Position numbers and translations under genes: made by a program. The notes under the pieces are model-generated. The model saw nothing but the letters and a program-made list of their open reading frames with translations, was not told the DNA's origin and did not search any database. Below, in pieces: positions 63,464-64,000 of a DNA stretch of 64,000 nt. Source of the stretch: Candidatus Poribacteria bacterium (GTDB lineage Bacteria; Poribacteria; WGA-4E; PCPOR2b). The stretch is from the NCBI GenBank assembly GCA_965218095.1, contig OZ244587.1, forward strand, positions 6,240,001-6,304,000. Direction: 5' to 3'. Position 1 is the first letter of the stretch; every line of letters starts with the position of its first letter.

Positions 63464-64000
63464 TTAATGTGTTGATTCCTGTAATGCCTGCTCGTAATCT
63501 TCCCGATAATCGATGTCCCTCAATACGCGATCCGTATCAACAGTTACATACTGAATGTGATCTGTATATCTTCGGAAAAGCGACCTGATACCCCTACTTT
63601 TCTCATCGAGTGCGAGGATATCGGCGACATACTGTCGATTGAAGACAACAGGATGCCCGCGCCGATAGTTATAACTCGGCACTACAATCCCGGCTGTTGT
63701 TTGGGTATATGCGTCAATGACCAGATCAATGAGATCCGACGTGATAAGCGGCAGATCTACCAGTGTCAACGCAAACGCATCAGCGGATTCTGAAATCGAC
63801 CGCACACCGCACTGCGCGGAGGTCAGCATTCCCACCTGATAATCAGGGTTGAATGCGATTTTGATCGGTTTATGCTGGATATGTGCTTTGATCTTGTCCG
63901 CTTCATGTCCAACGACAACGATCACCTCAGCGAGTTTCGATCCAAACAGGTTATCGATCACGGTTTCAATAATCGTGCTACCGCCGAAAGGAAGGAGTTG
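63464..64000 (-). CDS. MocA/MobA-like nucleotidyltransferase, partial (start beyond the right edge)
   Basis: QLLPFGG, NPDY..GM..S, LVDLP, GHPVVF, DID..EDY. Confidence 0.85.
   Translation of the reverse strand, partial: QLLPFGGSTIIETVIDNLFGSKLAEVIVVVGHEADKIKAHIQHKPIKIAFNPDYQVGMLTSAQCGVRSISESADAFALTLVDLPLITSDLIDLVIDAYTQTTAGIVVPSYNYRRGHPVVFNRQYVADILALDEKSRGIRSLFRRYTDHIQYVTVDTDRVLRDIDYREDYEQALQESTH

Overview
Bacterial chromosomal window, most likely Candidatus Poribacteria. This assignment is an inference from the C-terminal 'DPxGKLxxTWGxxK' tail on a TolB-like protein, several PhyH dioxygenases and many TPR/Sel1/HEAT repeat genes. Housekeeping genes (def, larE, prs, trpF, fhs, ilvD, accB, efp, mnmA, aroQ/B/K/A) are interleaved with six IS elements (two IS5, one IS701, one IS982-like, two IS3) and many frameshifted or nonsense pseudogenes. 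Highlights: (1) a FadR-regulated cobalamin/folate methyl-transfer locus (fhs, unknown duplicated-CxxxH protein, MtaA-like Zn methyltransferase, corrinoid protein, RACE activator, MetF-MetV fusion, AcsE-like, Virulence_fact protein, Ldh_2, Hcy methyltransferase), split by a decayed restriction-modification island. (2) Two exported thioredoxin-fold genes that the ORF track splits at an in-frame TGA lying exactly on the catalytic Cys and followed by a SECIS-like hairpin, so probably selenoproteins (DUF1223 with UxxC, and a peroxiredoxin). (3) Two paralogous HNH-Sel1 fusions sitting next to other nuclease/repeat genes (DUF559-TPR, MTase-HNH, SIR2-TPR). (4) A sigma54 promoter with palindromic enhancer sites next to a decayed activator. 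No rRNA, tRNA or CRISPR array was seen. All calls are from motif recognition only.
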